A DNA stretch of 64,000 bases from a bacterium (GCA_018830885.1 JAHJRI010000327.1:1691-65690); one strand, 5' to 3'. Positions 48,009 to 58,151 are shown, counted from the first letter of the stretch. Notes: a model not told the origin generated them from the sequence alone. Numbers and translations are program-made.

Positions 48009-48363
48009 TTAAAACTTGCCGAATTATTAAAACAACAGTGGTAGAAAACCGATTGAGAAAAAACAGAACCCGTAAAGAGAAATGCAAGCGTAAAGCCTTA
48101 TTATAGCGAATTATGAATTATTGACCACCCCATTGGTTGAAAACAGCTCAAATCCATGATTCAAGGCGGTCAACGACAAAGCCGAACCCACATTGATAGA
48201 ACTAACCAAAAACCCTCTTTTATTTTCTTTTGGAATAGCTTATGCTGTCCGCAGAACATATGATAAACAGAACAATATGATCCGTTTTTGTCCACATGAT
48301 CTATCCGTCTGCTGCATGAAAGATAGATGATAGATGTCCCGCTAACACTATACAGGTCTCAGG

Positions 48364-49179
48364 TTGGAAGGTCCTTCTGACGATTCAATATTTGCATACC
48401 TTAAAAAATCACTGGTAACAACGTTTCGTAAAAAAAACAGGAATAAGAACTATTCAAAGGAGTTTGATCTAATTGATAATCTAGAGGATTATTTCAATAA
48501 AACGATCCGGGAGGTGATGGTGCCTCGAACTGATATGGTCACCATAGACAAAACACAACCTATATCGGATGCTATTGAGCTGATTCATAAAACCAGCCAT
48601 ACTCGAATTCCTATTGAAGACAAAAATCCGGATAATATCGTCGGAATCCTCTACGCTATTGATCTATTCAGTTACTTCGGCGCTTCAGACAATATCCCCC
48701 CGATTTCACAAGTCATGCGTAAGCCATTCTTTGCCTCTTACAGTCAGCAGATCCATCATCTTCTGTCTAATTTTAAAACCAACCGCACCCATATGGCGAT
48801 CGTCATAGACGAACATGGCGGTGTTGATGGTTTGATCACGATTGAAGATGTCATTGAGGAACTGGTGGGCGATATACCGGATGAGTTCAACAAGGATAAT
48901 GAACCATCCTACACGCCACTTGGCAAAAACCTCATTTCACTGGATGCCAGTTTTCCCTTGGGACAGTTCAATGACCTTTTTAAAACAGACTTTCAGAAAG
49001 AAGGCATTGAAACCATTGGTGGATACGTATGCCACAATGCGGGGAAGATTCCTGAAAAAGGTGAAAAGCTCATTCTGGGAGAGATCGAGTTCACGATCCA
49101 GGAGAGTAATGAAAGACGACTTGAAAAGTTGACTTTGTTGGCTCCAGACAAATTTAAAGACAGTGCTGAAGCAGAATGA
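48364..49179 (+). CDS. CBS-pair plus CorC/HlyC C-terminal domain protein (CorC/TlyC-like)
   Basis: REVMVPRTDMV start of the CBS pair, ...HMAIVIDEHGGVDGLITIEDVIEELVGDI..., C-terminal transporter-associated domain. TTG start uncertain. Confidence 0.8.
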   Translation: MEGPSDDSIFAYLKKSLVTTFRKKNRNKNYSKEFDLIDNLEDYFNKTIREVMVPRTDMVTIDKTQPISDAIELIHKTSHTRIPIEDKNPDNIVGILYAIDLFSYFGASDNIPPISQVMRKPFFASYSQQIHHLLSNFKTNRTHMAIVIDEHGGVDGLITIEDVIEELVGDIPDEFNKDNEPSYTPLGKNLISLDASFPLGQFNDLFKTDFQKEGIETIGGYVCHNAGKIPEKGEKLILGEIEFTIQESNERRLEKLTLLAPDKFKDSAEAE

Positions 49180-49325
49180 TCTTTCGCCGTCCTCAAGCCT
49201 CAATGACTATCCACATTCAATTGAAATCCACACAAGCGTAAAGGAAAGTCAGTGCCCCAATCCCCGGAGAAGCAAAATCAAACCAACCCAGTTCTAACCC
49301 GGTTATTTCCATTGCTCTATTCAGA

Positions 49326-52061
49326 ATGAAGCATTCAGGTTGCAGCGTTGATTGGGCGCTTTATTTCCTGATTGGAATTCAGAAGTTTTTTTGGTTAGGG
49401 GCGGCCGTTATTGTTACGCTCACAGCCAGAACGGCCATGGCGTCCTGCTCTGCAGTGGAGATAAACGGATCATATCAGGAAAATACTGCATTATTTAAGG
49501 GAACAGCCCGGTTCAAGTGTGCCGATATCCAGACTGACACCCTGTTCTTTCACCTTCCGCCAAACCGATACATTGACCTGGATGAAAGGGAGCAATTCGA
49601 ACTGCGGATCGCCACAGACCAGTTTAAAACGGTGTCACGCAGTGATCTGATGTTTTTGGAGCCCCCGAGCCTGAAAAACATACACCTTCCTCAGGGTATC
49701 AAGGTATCTGCGGTTACGGTCAATAATACGGTTGTTCCACTCAAAATAATCGATAATCCAAAGCTCGCGCCGTTAAACAACAGTCAGCAGGCTCTACTGG
49801 CCGTAGCAGTTGGAAACGTAACGGCTAGACAACCCGTCCTGATAGAAATCAGTTTTCAAACTCGTTTCAACAAACTGCCAAATGGGTATTTCAGACTGCT
49901 TTGGGATTTTATACCCCGACCGGCAGGGTTTTACCAAAAATTATGGGATTACAAGGATGTACTGGCTCCCATGCTTAGACAGCGGGCACAGATTGATGTC
50001 ATCAACTCCTCCGGAGCGCTGACAAGAACGTTAACGAGTCAATATGATTCTCCTTTTCCATATCTTTTGCTGGATCGATGGCGTTTTACTGCGGATCATC
50101 TGAAGCTTGCTTATGATTCCTTTTTTGATGACACAGCATCGGATTTGCTGAACCGGATCGATCGTGTACTTCTGTTTCTGGAAAGAAATCAGCTATTGAA
50201 AGATGATGATCGGGAACTTCGGTTGATTCTCTGGGATGGTCCGCTTCAAGTCAGCGGTTTGACTGTATTCTTACCGCGACAGTTGTTTCGTTACCCAGAT
50301 ATATTTTTCAAACAGTTTGAGATCATCATATTGAACGGGATTGTTGAGGCCCTGTTGAAAAAGGCATATCTGGTTGATACCAATGAAAATGCCTGGATAT
50401 TGCCGGCTGTCCAGGCTGAAGTGCTCCGGCGGTTTTTTCAGGACCGGTTCCGCGGGAATACTTATATCTTCCCATGGTTGAACTGGATCAATCCTGAATT
50501 CTTTTCTGATCACAGCAATAAGCGATGGATCGACAACAAGCATTCCAAGGAAGTCGTTGCCGCTGACAGTCCGCAGGATATTGCCTACTATTCACATATT
50601 TATCACCCGGGAGGAGAAAAAGGATTCCACCTGTTCTGGATGCTGAATGACGGTCAACCAGACTATCGGGAACACCTTCTCAGACGAATCGCCGCCTTTC
50701 TGCGAGAAGACATAAAAGAGCAGAAACCGCTGTCCAAACACGATTTTCTGGACTTTTTTACCTCGACCCGTGTAAGTCGGGAAGCGGCGGAAACATGGCT
50801 CTCAACAAGCGGGCATGTCGATTACGCCATCACACAGGTCGAAGTTTCAGTCCATCAGGACCGGTATTTGGTACAGGTTGAGATTGAGAACATGGGAACT
50901 CAGTCACCGGTTCTTGAAATCAGTTTCGGTTTTGATAATGGGTCCACTGAGCGCAGACAGATCAACACCGGTGCCGGCCGTTACACATTCCTTCTTAAGG
51001 ACAGACCGATTCAGATCGTTCTGGATCCATCGTTCAATATACTGGATGATGACCTTCTCAACAATACCTGGCGGTTTCCACTCAGAACGCGCCTGATTTG
51101 GGATTTCCCGTCCGTGGATAACTGGTTGTTGACCTTTTCGCCACTTTTCGGAGATGGAAATACCTTTGACCAGAATATTATCGGGCTGAACCTGACCTAC
51201 AGCTATTTGACACAATCGGCGGTACAATTGAACATCTGGAAAGGCAGCGCGGATGACCTGCTCTGGACCGGTGAATTGTATACGACCGGATTTCCCTTCC
51301 AGGGCACAAAGTTATATCTGGCAGCCGGTTACGTCGGAGCAATCAACTCACTGGCATTTGGTGTAAGGCAGGAACCGGTCCGATATTATCCTGAATTGTG
51401 GATTGACTTTTCGATCTGGAAAGAGACACTGGATGCTCTGGAAGACTCTCATTTCAATGAAAACCAGCAGGACTGGTACGGTGCCAGATTCTCTACCGGT
51501 TTTCCAGTACACAAAGGGGCAGTGAGCTTATGGCAATTGACCTTGTCCGGGTTGGCCGGGAAAAGTATGTTTCAGCCACAATCGGAATACCAGCAGTTTA
51601 AGCTGAAACAGTTTTTTCGGTATGTCTTTGATGATTCGGATATTCATCTGCGGTATGATCATGGTCGGTCGGCAGGGACAGTTCCGCTTCAGAAACTCTA
51701 TCCCATGGGAGGTACAGACGGTTTATCCGGATTTCCAAGAACCACAGACCTCCTTTTTTATGAAAATCGCATTTTTGAAATCGGGGTGACCCTGCCGGGT
51801 TTTTTAAAACATTCCAACATAAACCTGATCAAACTGATGTGGTTGCATCAGGTCGTTCCTACTTTGAACTTTCACCTCGGTCAGGGTATAACGGAAGAAG
51901 GCGTTGCGGAAGTGTTCACGGATGCTGAAATCAGCCTGAATATTATTGGTGAATTCGCAAACCGTTTCGAGTCTGCCGGCAGGATTGCTATTGCCCAACC
52001 CATTGGCCATAAAAAATACAAAGATTACCGTATTATTCTTTTCTCTGACTGGATTTTTTAA
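49326..52061 (+). CDS. large outer-membrane protein: unknown ~650-aa N-terminal region plus Omp85/surface-antigen-like C-terminal barrel
   Basis: 911 aa. N-terminal hydrophobic signal or anchor. C-terminal third has alternating beta-strand pattern with YPMGGTDGLSGFP resembling the Omp85 lGG...lRGy motif. The terminal residues ...ILFSDWIF end in Phe. Confidence 0.5.
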   Translation: MKHSGCSVDWALYFLIGIQKFFWLGAAVIVTLTARTAMASCSAVEINGSYQENTALFKGTARFKCADIQTDTLFFHLPPNRYIDLDEREQFELRIATDQFKTVSRSDLMFLEPPSLKNIHLPQGIKVSAVTVNNTVVPLKIIDNPKLAPLNNSQQALLAVAVGNVTARQPVLIEISFQTRFNKLPNGYFRLLWDFIPRPAGFYQKLWDYKDVLAPMLRQRAQIDVINSSGALTRTLTSQYDSPFPYLLLDRWRFTADHLKLAYDSFFDDTASDLLNRIDRVLLFLERNQLLKDDDRELRLILWDGPLQVSGLTVFLPRQLFRYPDIFFKQFEIIILNGIVEALLKKAYLVDTNENAWILPAVQAEVLRRFFQDRFRGNTYIFPWLNWINPEFFSDHSNKRWIDNKHSKEVVAADSPQDIAYYSHIYHPGGEKGFHLFWMLNDGQPDYREHLLRRIAAFLREDIKEQKPLSKHDFLDFFTSTRVSREAAETWLSTSGHVDYAITQVEVSVHQDRYLVQVEIENMGTQSPVLEISFGFDNGSTERRQINTGAGRYTFLLKDRPIQIVLDPSFNILDDDLLNNTWRFPLRTRLIWDFPSVDNWLLTFSPLFGDGNTFDQNIIGLNLTYSYLTQSAVQLNIWKGSADDLLWTGELYTTGFPFQGTKLYLAAGYVGAINSLAFGVRQEPVRYYPELWIDFSIWKETLDALEDSHFNENQQDWYGARFSTGFPVHKGAVSLWQLTLSGLAGKSMFQPQSEYQQFKLKQFFRYVFDDSDIHLRYDHGRSAGTVPLQKLYPMGGTDGLSGFPRTTDLLFYENRIFEIGVTLPGFLKHSNINLIKLMWLHQVVPTLNFHLGQGITEEGVAEVFTDAEISLNIIGEFANRFESAGRIAIAQPIGHKKYKDYRIILFSDWIF

Positions 52062-52065
52062 CACC

Positions 52066-52791
52066 ATGTTGCCCAAAACGATCGTAAGCATTTTGAAAAT
52101 AAACAGCCGAATTTCTCCCGGTATTTCTGAAGGCCTTAAAGTCGCTTTTCCCATCATCATTGGCTACATTCCAATCGGTATTGCATTTGGTGTCTTGTCG
52201 CGCAAGGTTGGAATCTCGGTTTTCAATACAGTGATGATGTCTTTGATTGTCTTTGCCGGTTCATCCCAGTTGATAGCCGTCGGTATGTTCCTGGCCGGGG
52301 CATCTGCCGTTTCGGTCATTGTTACCGCATTTATAGTCAACCTGAGGCATTTTTTAATGACGGCCGCTCTGTCACCATTTTTAAAATCCTGGCGTAAACT
52401 GGAACTTGCCGCTTTTGCCTTTGAAGTGACCGACGAGTCGTTCGGGGTCCATGCCGCCATGTTTTCATCAGGCAACTATCAGAAGGAATCTGCATTTACT
52501 GTAAATATTGCTGCCCAGATTTCATGGTTGGCCGGCACCTGGATCGGTATTGTCGCCAGTCAGATGATCAGCGATATCGAGCGGCTGGCTTTGGACTACG
52601 CACTTCCCGCAATGTTTATCGGATTGCTGGTGGTTGCCACGAATGACCGGACAAAAGTAGTGGTCGCATTAATCGCAGGTTTTCTCTCGGTTCTGTTCTT
52701 CCAGGTCCATCTGGATCAATGGAACGTTGTTTTCGCAACTCTTATCGGGGCGTCGTCAGGCATCCTGCTGGAAAAATGGATCAAAAAATAA
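52066..52791 (+). CDS. azlC: AzlC-family branched-chain amino acid exporter subunit
   Basis: Start ATG 52066 (MLPKTIVS...). ...GYIPIGIAFGVL..., ...FAGSSQL... AzlC motifs. Multi-TM. Confidence 0.85.
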   Translation: MLPKTIVSILKINSRISPGISEGLKVAFPIIIGYIPIGIAFGVLSRKVGISVFNTVMMSLIVFAGSSQLIAVGMFLAGASAVSVIVTAFIVNLRHFLMTAALSPFLKSWRKLELAAFAFEVTDESFGVHAAMFSSGNYQKESAFTVNIAAQISWLAGTWIGIVASQMISDIERLALDYALPAMFIGLLVVATNDRTKVVVALIAGFLSVLFFQVHLDQWNVVFATLIGASSGILLEKWIKK

Positions 52792-53105
52792 TTTTTTATA
52801 CGATATGCGGAATGGCGGTGGTGACTTATGTTCCCCGCTTTTTGCCACTGTTTTTCCTGGCCAATCGTTCCCTGCCGGTGATCGTCCGACGTTGGCTGGG
52901 GTATGTTCCATCCGCTGTTCTGGCGGCAATGCTTTTTCCTTCGCTGTTGATCAGGGAAAAGCAGTTGCTGCTTTCTTATGAGAATCTTTACCTGATGGCC
53001 GCCATACCCACATTTTTGATTGCATGGAAAAGCAAAAGTCTTTTTGGGGCGGTGGTGACTGGTATGGTTCTCGTGGCGGGAGCCCGGATTATACTGGGAC
53101 TTTAG
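52776..53105 (+). CDS. azlD: AzlD-family branched-chain amino acid transport protein
   Basis: 109 aa from ATG 52776. VVTYVPRFLPLFF N-terminal motif. Overlaps the azlC 3' end. Confidence 0.75.
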   Translation: MDQKIIFYTICGMAVVTYVPRFLPLFFLANRSLPVIVRRWLGYVPSAVLAAMLFPSLLIREKQLLLSYENLYLMAAIPTFLIAWKSKSLFGAVVTGMVLVAGARIILGL

Positions 53106-53124
53106 TTTGCCGGCGATCAGTTTC

Positions 53125-54015
53125 TCATATTCGCCTGGACTTTGGTTCTGGGACTGATTTGAACGAACTCATGAATGCTGAGAGGGATTTTGGGTGAATT
53201 TCGTACCGCTGCAGCAGGAATTGATTAAGACAATCAATAACATCACCCATAACACGCTCCGGGATGTCCGGTTTTTTTGAGTAGGTGCTTTCATTGTCAT
53301 TAAGACAATCAAAAACATTACCCATAACATGCTCCGGGATGTCCGGTTTTTTTGAGTAGGTGCTTTCATTGTCATCCATCAACCACATGACCTTCAACAT
53401 GGCTGGTGTGATGATCTTTTCGGATGCTTCAGCCGGTTTGCATTGGTTACAGATCAGCGATCCGCTGTGTGGATGAAACAGATATTTTTCTTTTCGAAAT
53501 ACCGCTTCATGTTGTTCATTGAAACGCCAGGTTTGACGGTGACATCCCCTGCAGGTCTGATAATCGATCCCGAACCCACCATGTTGTATTAATTGCCAGA
53601 TTAACCGAGCCATAAAAAACAGTGATCCGGCGATATCCCAGCAAAACTGGTTGTTTTTAGATAAAATGTCGAACAGGTCCTCTGATGGGTTTCCCGGTTG
53701 CGCAATTTTGGAAATGAGTTCAAGGAGATAACTGTGGAAAAGAAACCGCTGATAAGAAAAGTTGCCGGCATTCAGAATGCTTTTCCCCGAAATGTTTAAT
53801 ATCCTGATAAACTCGTGTGACTCTCTGACCTGATACTCCACTTCCAGCAAATCACCGGGTTGATACAGGAAACTGCTGGATCGCCCCAGTTTCCTTCCGC
53901 TGTAGACTGTTGACGACAATTTCCCGTTCTGGGCTGAGAGCAGATTGACTATGAGATCGGAATCCCGGTACGGGGTGGCGGATATCAGAAATATGGGTTC
54001 CTTGATGGTTTTCAC
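53125..54015 (-). CDS. recO: DNA repair protein RecO (with internal 25-aa duplication)
   Basis: 296 aa. N-terminal OB-fold pattern (ISATPYRDSDLIVNLLSAQNGKLSSTVYSGRK), Zn-finger CRGC...CNQC. Confidence 0.85.
   Translation of the reverse strand: MKTIKEPIFLISATPYRDSDLIVNLLSAQNGKLSSTVYSGRKLGRSSSFLYQPGDLLEVEYQVRESHEFIRILNISGKSILNAGNFSYQRFLFHSYLLELISKIAQPGNPSEDLFDILSKNNQFCWDIAGSLFFMARLIWQLIQHGGFGIDYQTCRGCHRQTWRFNEQHEAVFRKEKYLFHPHSGSLICNQCKPAEASEKIITPAMLKVMWLMDDNESTYSKKPDIPEHVMGNVFDCLNDNESTYSKKPDIPERVMGDVIDCLNQFLLQRYEIHPKSLSAFMSSFKSVPEPKSRRI
53226..53375. repeat. 2 x 75-bp direct tandem duplication inside recO
   Basis: 53226-53300 and 53301-53375 differ at 3 of 75 nt. In frame, encoding DNESTYSKKPDIPE[H/R]VMG[N/D]V[F/I]DCLN twice. 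Confidence 0.95.
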
Positions 54016-54034
54016 AACTGTTATACCTGATCTT

Positions 54035-54652
54035 TCAAAGCGAATCTGCTGTGATCCCTGCTTTTATCGCGATTGAGAGATTATCAAGACTTCCCGAATA
54101 AAAGTGGTCGGTATTGGAGAGGATTTCCAATGGAGACGTCGCGTTCAAGACCGAGAGTCTTTTCTTGAGTGTTGCCAGATCTGCGAAATCATCCCTGTCT
54201 CCGACAATAGTCAAACTTAAATGACGGACATGTGAAACACCACTGAAATCCATAAAGCTGACAGGCGGTGATACCAGAATGACATGCTCGAAAAGATCCA
54301 TTTGACAGGCGACAGAGGCAGCAACCCATGAGCCGAATGAATAACCGGCCAGATCTATGGATGTAATCCCCTTTACTGACAGGAATTCATGAGCGGCCTT
54401 GAGATCAGTTTGTTCCCCGATACCATTATCAAAATGACCTTCACTCCGTCCGACGCCTCTGAAATTAAAGCGAAGTGTCGTATATCCCGCATCGGCGTAA
54501 GTTTTCTGTATGGTGGTCACAACCGCATTATACATATCTCCACCGTAAAGCGAATGTGGGTGCGTGATAATAACGGCTCTGGAGGTGGATTTGTGCTCGC
54601 AAAGCCCCTCAATCCGAAGGTTGTCTGAAGCAAACAAAATCGGTTCTTCCAT
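54035..54652 (-). CDS. alpha/beta-fold hydrolase (short, ~205 aa)
   Basis: ...HPHSLYGG..., GYSFGSWVA nucleophile elbow, C-terminal ...NTDHFY... His region. Confidence 0.7.
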   Translation of the reverse strand: MEEPILFASDNLRIEGLCEHKSTSRAVIITHPHSLYGGDMYNAVVTTIQKTYADAGYTTLRFNFRGVGRSEGHFDNGIGEQTDLKAAHEFLSVKGITSIDLAGYSFGSWVAASVACQMDLFEHVILVSPPVSFMDFSGVSHVRHLSLTIVGDRDDFADLATLKKRLSVLNATSPLEILSNTDHFYSGSLDNLSIAIKAGITADSL

Positions 54653-54724
54653 TCAATCTCCGCCTGAAACTAAAAAAATGCTGGTGTCTTTCAAGGATAG
54701 TGAATCCTGGCCGGAAAAAATGCG

Positions 54725-56107
54725 CTAGTGTTTCTGGTAGTATTTCAAGACACGGGTATATGTTGCAAGTGCTCTTTCTGATGACTTAAAGAATGGAATT
54801 CCGGCTTTAGCAAAGACAGCTGAAAAATCAGTTTCAATATTGGGAACTTCAACAACCAGAAACGGCTTCCCTGAGCGATGCTGTTCGTCTATAACAGCCT
54901 CCGCAAATCTTTGATTGGATTCAACGGTCATTCCAATCCCGATAATCAAAACAACATCCACATTTGGATCTGCAGCGACCGCCTTGATGGCCTCGATATA
55001 GATGTCAATTACCAGAGAAGCTGTCATACCGACATCGATCGGATTGCGCAGACTCGTTCCTGTCGGTGGGACGACTTTCTCCAGAACAGAGCGGGTTTCA
55101 CTGGAGATCTGGGCCAGTTGCAAATTCTCCTGTCCACACGCCTCTGCTGCTGCAACCCCGTATCCACCCGGACCTGAGATAATTGCCACACGATTTCCCT
55201 CTGGCCTAGGCAGAAGGGAAAAACCGATCATGGTATCAATCCACATTTCTATACCAGTTACGGCTGTGATGCCGCATTGAGCCACAACGCCTTCCCATAT
55301 TTCCTTCGAACTGGAGAGTGCCCCAGTATGAGAATTCGCAGCGGCGAGCCCTTCAGTATTCAAACCGACTTTCCAGATGATGACCGGTTTTTTCTGTGCA
55401 GCGTTTTTCAAGGCCCTGACAAGGCTGATCCCATCGGAAATACCTTCGATATAGGCACTGATAATTTTGGTTTCCGGATCCTCGGTAAAGTAAGTGAAAA
55501 AATCGGCGCTTGTCAGATCACACTCATTCCCCAGACTGACTGCCTTATTAAAAAAAAGGCCCTTGGTCGAGCCGATCCCGCAGATTATGTTGGCAAGGGA
55601 TCCGCTGTGCGAAATCAGTGAAATAGGCCCGGATTGCCGGGATAACTTTGGGAAGAATGACAACCCGCTATCCGGCGCATAAAGACCCATTCCATTCGGT
55701 CCGATAAGGCGCATACCCGATTTCCGGGCAATCGCAACAATCTTTGCCTGTCTGGCTGCGCCCTCTTCAGTTCCGGTCTCCCTGTATCCAGCGGTAAATA
55801 ATACGGCTCCTTTCACTCCTTTTTGGGCACACTCGTCGATTACAGGCAGTGTTTGATGATAAGGGGTTAATATGATAGCAAGATCCACATTGCCCGGGAT
55901 AGATGCGACAGATGGATAGCATTTTATGCCATCAATCATATCCGCATTGGGATTGACACCGACGATTTGCCCGCTGAAACCTTGATCCTGAAGAGCGATC
56001 AGATAGAGTTTTCCCGTTTTCAACTCCCTTGGCAGACCTACGATAGCGATACTTTCCGGATGAAACAGGGCATCGATCTGGTTGTTGGTTGTGGTTGAAT
56101 TGTTCAT
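54725..56107 (-). CDS. ADP-forming acetyl-CoA synthetase alpha-subunit-like protein (CoA-binding plus CoA-ligase domains)
   Basis: 460 aa. PESIAIVG...CYPSVASIPG..VDLAII CoA-binding fold, ...ANSHTGALS phosphohistidine loop. No ATP-grasp beta domain is fused or adjacent. Confidence 0.8.
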   Translation of the reverse strand: MNNSTTTNNQIDALFHPESIAIVGLPRELKTGKLYLIALQDQGFSGQIVGVNPNADMIDGIKCYPSVASIPGNVDLAIILTPYHQTLPVIDECAQKGVKGAVLFTAGYRETGTEEGAARQAKIVAIARKSGMRLIGPNGMGLYAPDSGLSFFPKLSRQSGPISLISHSGSLANIICGIGSTKGLFFNKAVSLGNECDLTSADFFTYFTEDPETKIISAYIEGISDGISLVRALKNAAQKKPVIIWKVGLNTEGLAAANSHTGALSSSKEIWEGVVAQCGITAVTGIEMWIDTMIGFSLLPRPEGNRVAIISGPGGYGVAAAEACGQENLQLAQISSETRSVLEKVVPPTGTSLRNPIDVGMTASLVIDIYIEAIKAVAADPNVDVVLIIGIGMTVESNQRFAEAVIDEQHRSGKPFLVVEVPNIETDFSAVFAKAGIPFFKSSERALATYTRVLKYYQKH

Positions 56108-56587
56108 GCGTTCTCCAGCGGTGCTATTTTAACGACGGATTGATACCACGTCCGCTTTCCCGAATCCTTCGAGGCGTGCGGTGTCAGTTTTCAGATGATG
56201 CACGATTCTTGTTTTCGGTACCAGCTTGACATTCAGGAATCATCACTTGCAAGTCCGAACCAACCATATTCATAACCGGAATGCCAGGTATTTGCAAATA
56301 GCAGGGTTCTATCCAGTCTATCCATCCGAAGTTCAGTCCCGGTATATCTGGCTCAAGAAATCGGGTATCTGTAAAAATAAAATCAGCAAACAGTGAAAAA
56401 TCGATCGTCTTCAATTGAGACTTGTACTGAATGCCACTGGAACGATATAGTAGTGGATGTACCTGTTGGCAGAGTCTATCCAACGTCCAGCAATGCCTTT
56501 TTCGAGCGCTATTCAGAAGCCCGTTGACCCGAAAACATGGCAAATTTGAACTGCTATTCCTGACAGATCCTATTGTCGAATGAGACC

Positions 56588-57769
56588 ATGAAATTTGTGC
56601 TGCATCTTTCAGAAATCGACTATTTGGAGTCGGTCATTAAAATTAACATCACAGACGTGGTTCTGCAGACCAGCCGTTTTTCGGTAACCGGCCGCATCTC
56701 AGACAATGACCTGTTTGATGTGCTGGAAAAGCTGAATTTCTGTGGAAAAAAGGTCATCCTGCTCTGGGATATTCTCTGTCACGACGATGACATTCTGCAT
56801 CTAGCGGACATATTGATACAGCATGCCAAACAGATTTCATCGATCCGTTTTGCAGATCCTGGCGTCGGGGCCTATTTGAAAAACAGGTTTCCTGATCACG
56901 GCCTCCAGTTTCTCATGTGGGATGGACACCAGAACTGTTCAGGGGTTTTGGAATGGATCAACGCTTTTGAACCCAGTCTCAATCGCATCATTTTGTCTAA
57001 CCAGATCCCTGTTCAGACAATCCGGAAACTCAGGCAGGATACAGCGATCCCTATTGAGATAAAAGGGTTGGGGAGAATGCAGGTCTTTTACTCTGCACGA
57101 AGATTGTTGGGTAACCAATATCCACAATCCATGGACACGCCTCGCCAGGTTGTGGCCGCCAGCACGGACCGACCGTCTCAGTTTTTCCCGGTAGTTGAAA
57201 ACAGACATGGTACTGCGATATTCAATGATCGTGATCTCTGTCTGCTGGATGAATTAGAAACGATTCAAACCGCCGGGGTTGACTATTTCGGGTTGGATTT
57301 CGATTCTATGAATCAATTCAAGATACTTGAAAACGGTCTTGATCCCAAAGAATGGGTTGACCCGGTCAAGTCTAGCTGGAACAGGCCTATAACCAAGGGA
57401 TTCTTTTTTAATAACCGGACAGATGCCCTGCTTGACAAACTCACAAATGCTTTTCTCAGGGATGACAAACAACATCAGATCGGACTGGTTATCGAGTCTT
57501 CCAAAAACGGCCATACCTTGTTTCATCTTCAACAGAACCTGGTTTTACCCCAGCGGGTGCTCTTTTTAACCCCAGAGCGAAAAAAGATCCCCTTTGAGAT
57601 TGTCAAACTCCATGATTTAAAAGGGAAAGTTTACATGCAGACGGCTCATGAGGGATATTACCTGCTACCCTGGATTAAGTACGTTGGTCCCGCTTCTGTC
57701 ATGAACATAATCGCATCCGGACCTCAGGAGGACTATCTGATTCCGCAAAGGAATCTTGAGAAGGAATGA
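56588..57769 (+). CDS. peptidase U32-family-like protein (divergent)
   Basis: About 393 aa. TIM-barrel-like N-terminal pattern (…DVVLQTSRFSVTGR…KKVILLWDIL…), ...GVDYFGLDF... resembles U32 family members. The match is weak. Confidence 0.45.
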   Translation: MKFVLHLSEIDYLESVIKINITDVVLQTSRFSVTGRISDNDLFDVLEKLNFCGKKVILLWDILCHDDDILHLADILIQHAKQISSIRFADPGVGAYLKNRFPDHGLQFLMWDGHQNCSGVLEWINAFEPSLNRIILSNQIPVQTIRKLRQDTAIPIEIKGLGRMQVFYSARRLLGNQYPQSMDTPRQVVAASTDRPSQFFPVVENRHGTAIFNDRDLCLLDELETIQTAGVDYFGLDFDSMNQFKILENGLDPKEWVDPVKSSWNRPITKGFFFNNRTDALLDKLTNAFLRDDKQHQIGLVIESSKNGHTLFHLQQNLVLPQRVLFLTPERKKIPFEIVKLHDLKGKVYMQTAHEGYYLLPWIKYVGPASVMNIIASGPQEDYLIPQRNLEKE

Positions 57770-57857
57770 GACAGAGACCCGATACCCGGATCAAAAAAGA
57801 GCGCCTTATTCAAGACCGGTTCAATCAATGTGAGTATAAACTGGAAGTTGCCATCGG

Positions 57858-58151
57858 ATGGAATTAACACTGGATTTGTCAAAAGTCTGTATTGAGACAG
57901 CATCAAAACGAGCCTACAACAGACGTCTCTTGAGCTATTTTAAAAAAAATGGTGATAAAGCGTTGCTAGAACTTGAAATCGAAATGCTACTCCGATTTAT
58001 TTCCGAGACTGATTTCCAAGCGTTGCGAGATCGTTCCCTTGATCTCTGTGGAGGAACCGATGCGGTTATTGTTCTAAAACTGTCTGAGGAAGGGACAATA
58101 GGACTTTACGCGAATGGAATGGAGATAGAAAGACCATCTTTACCCGAATAG
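57858..58151 (+). CDS. hypothetical protein (97 aa)
   Basis: ORF only. Confidence 0.3.
   Translation: MELTLDLSKVCIETASKRAYNRRLLSYFKKNGDKALLELEIEMLLRFISETDFQALRDRSLDLCGGTDAVIVLKLSEEGTIGLYANGMEIERPSLPE

Noticed and set aside
48231-48246. Sigma54-like element TGGAATAGCTTATGCT, with GG and GC spaced as in TGGCAC-N5-TTGC, upstream of the CorC-like gene.
   Set aside because: Only 8 of the 12 specified consensus positions (of 16 total) match. There is no enhancer-binding protein gene or upstream activator site nearby. It is too weak to call.
56184-56543. 119-aa minus-strand ORF in the spacer upstream of the acetyl-CoA synthetase alpha gene.
   Set aside because: It has a TTG start without an SD, no recognisable motif and an unusual composition. 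It cannot be supported as a gene from sequence alone, though the 465-bp spacer remains unexplained.
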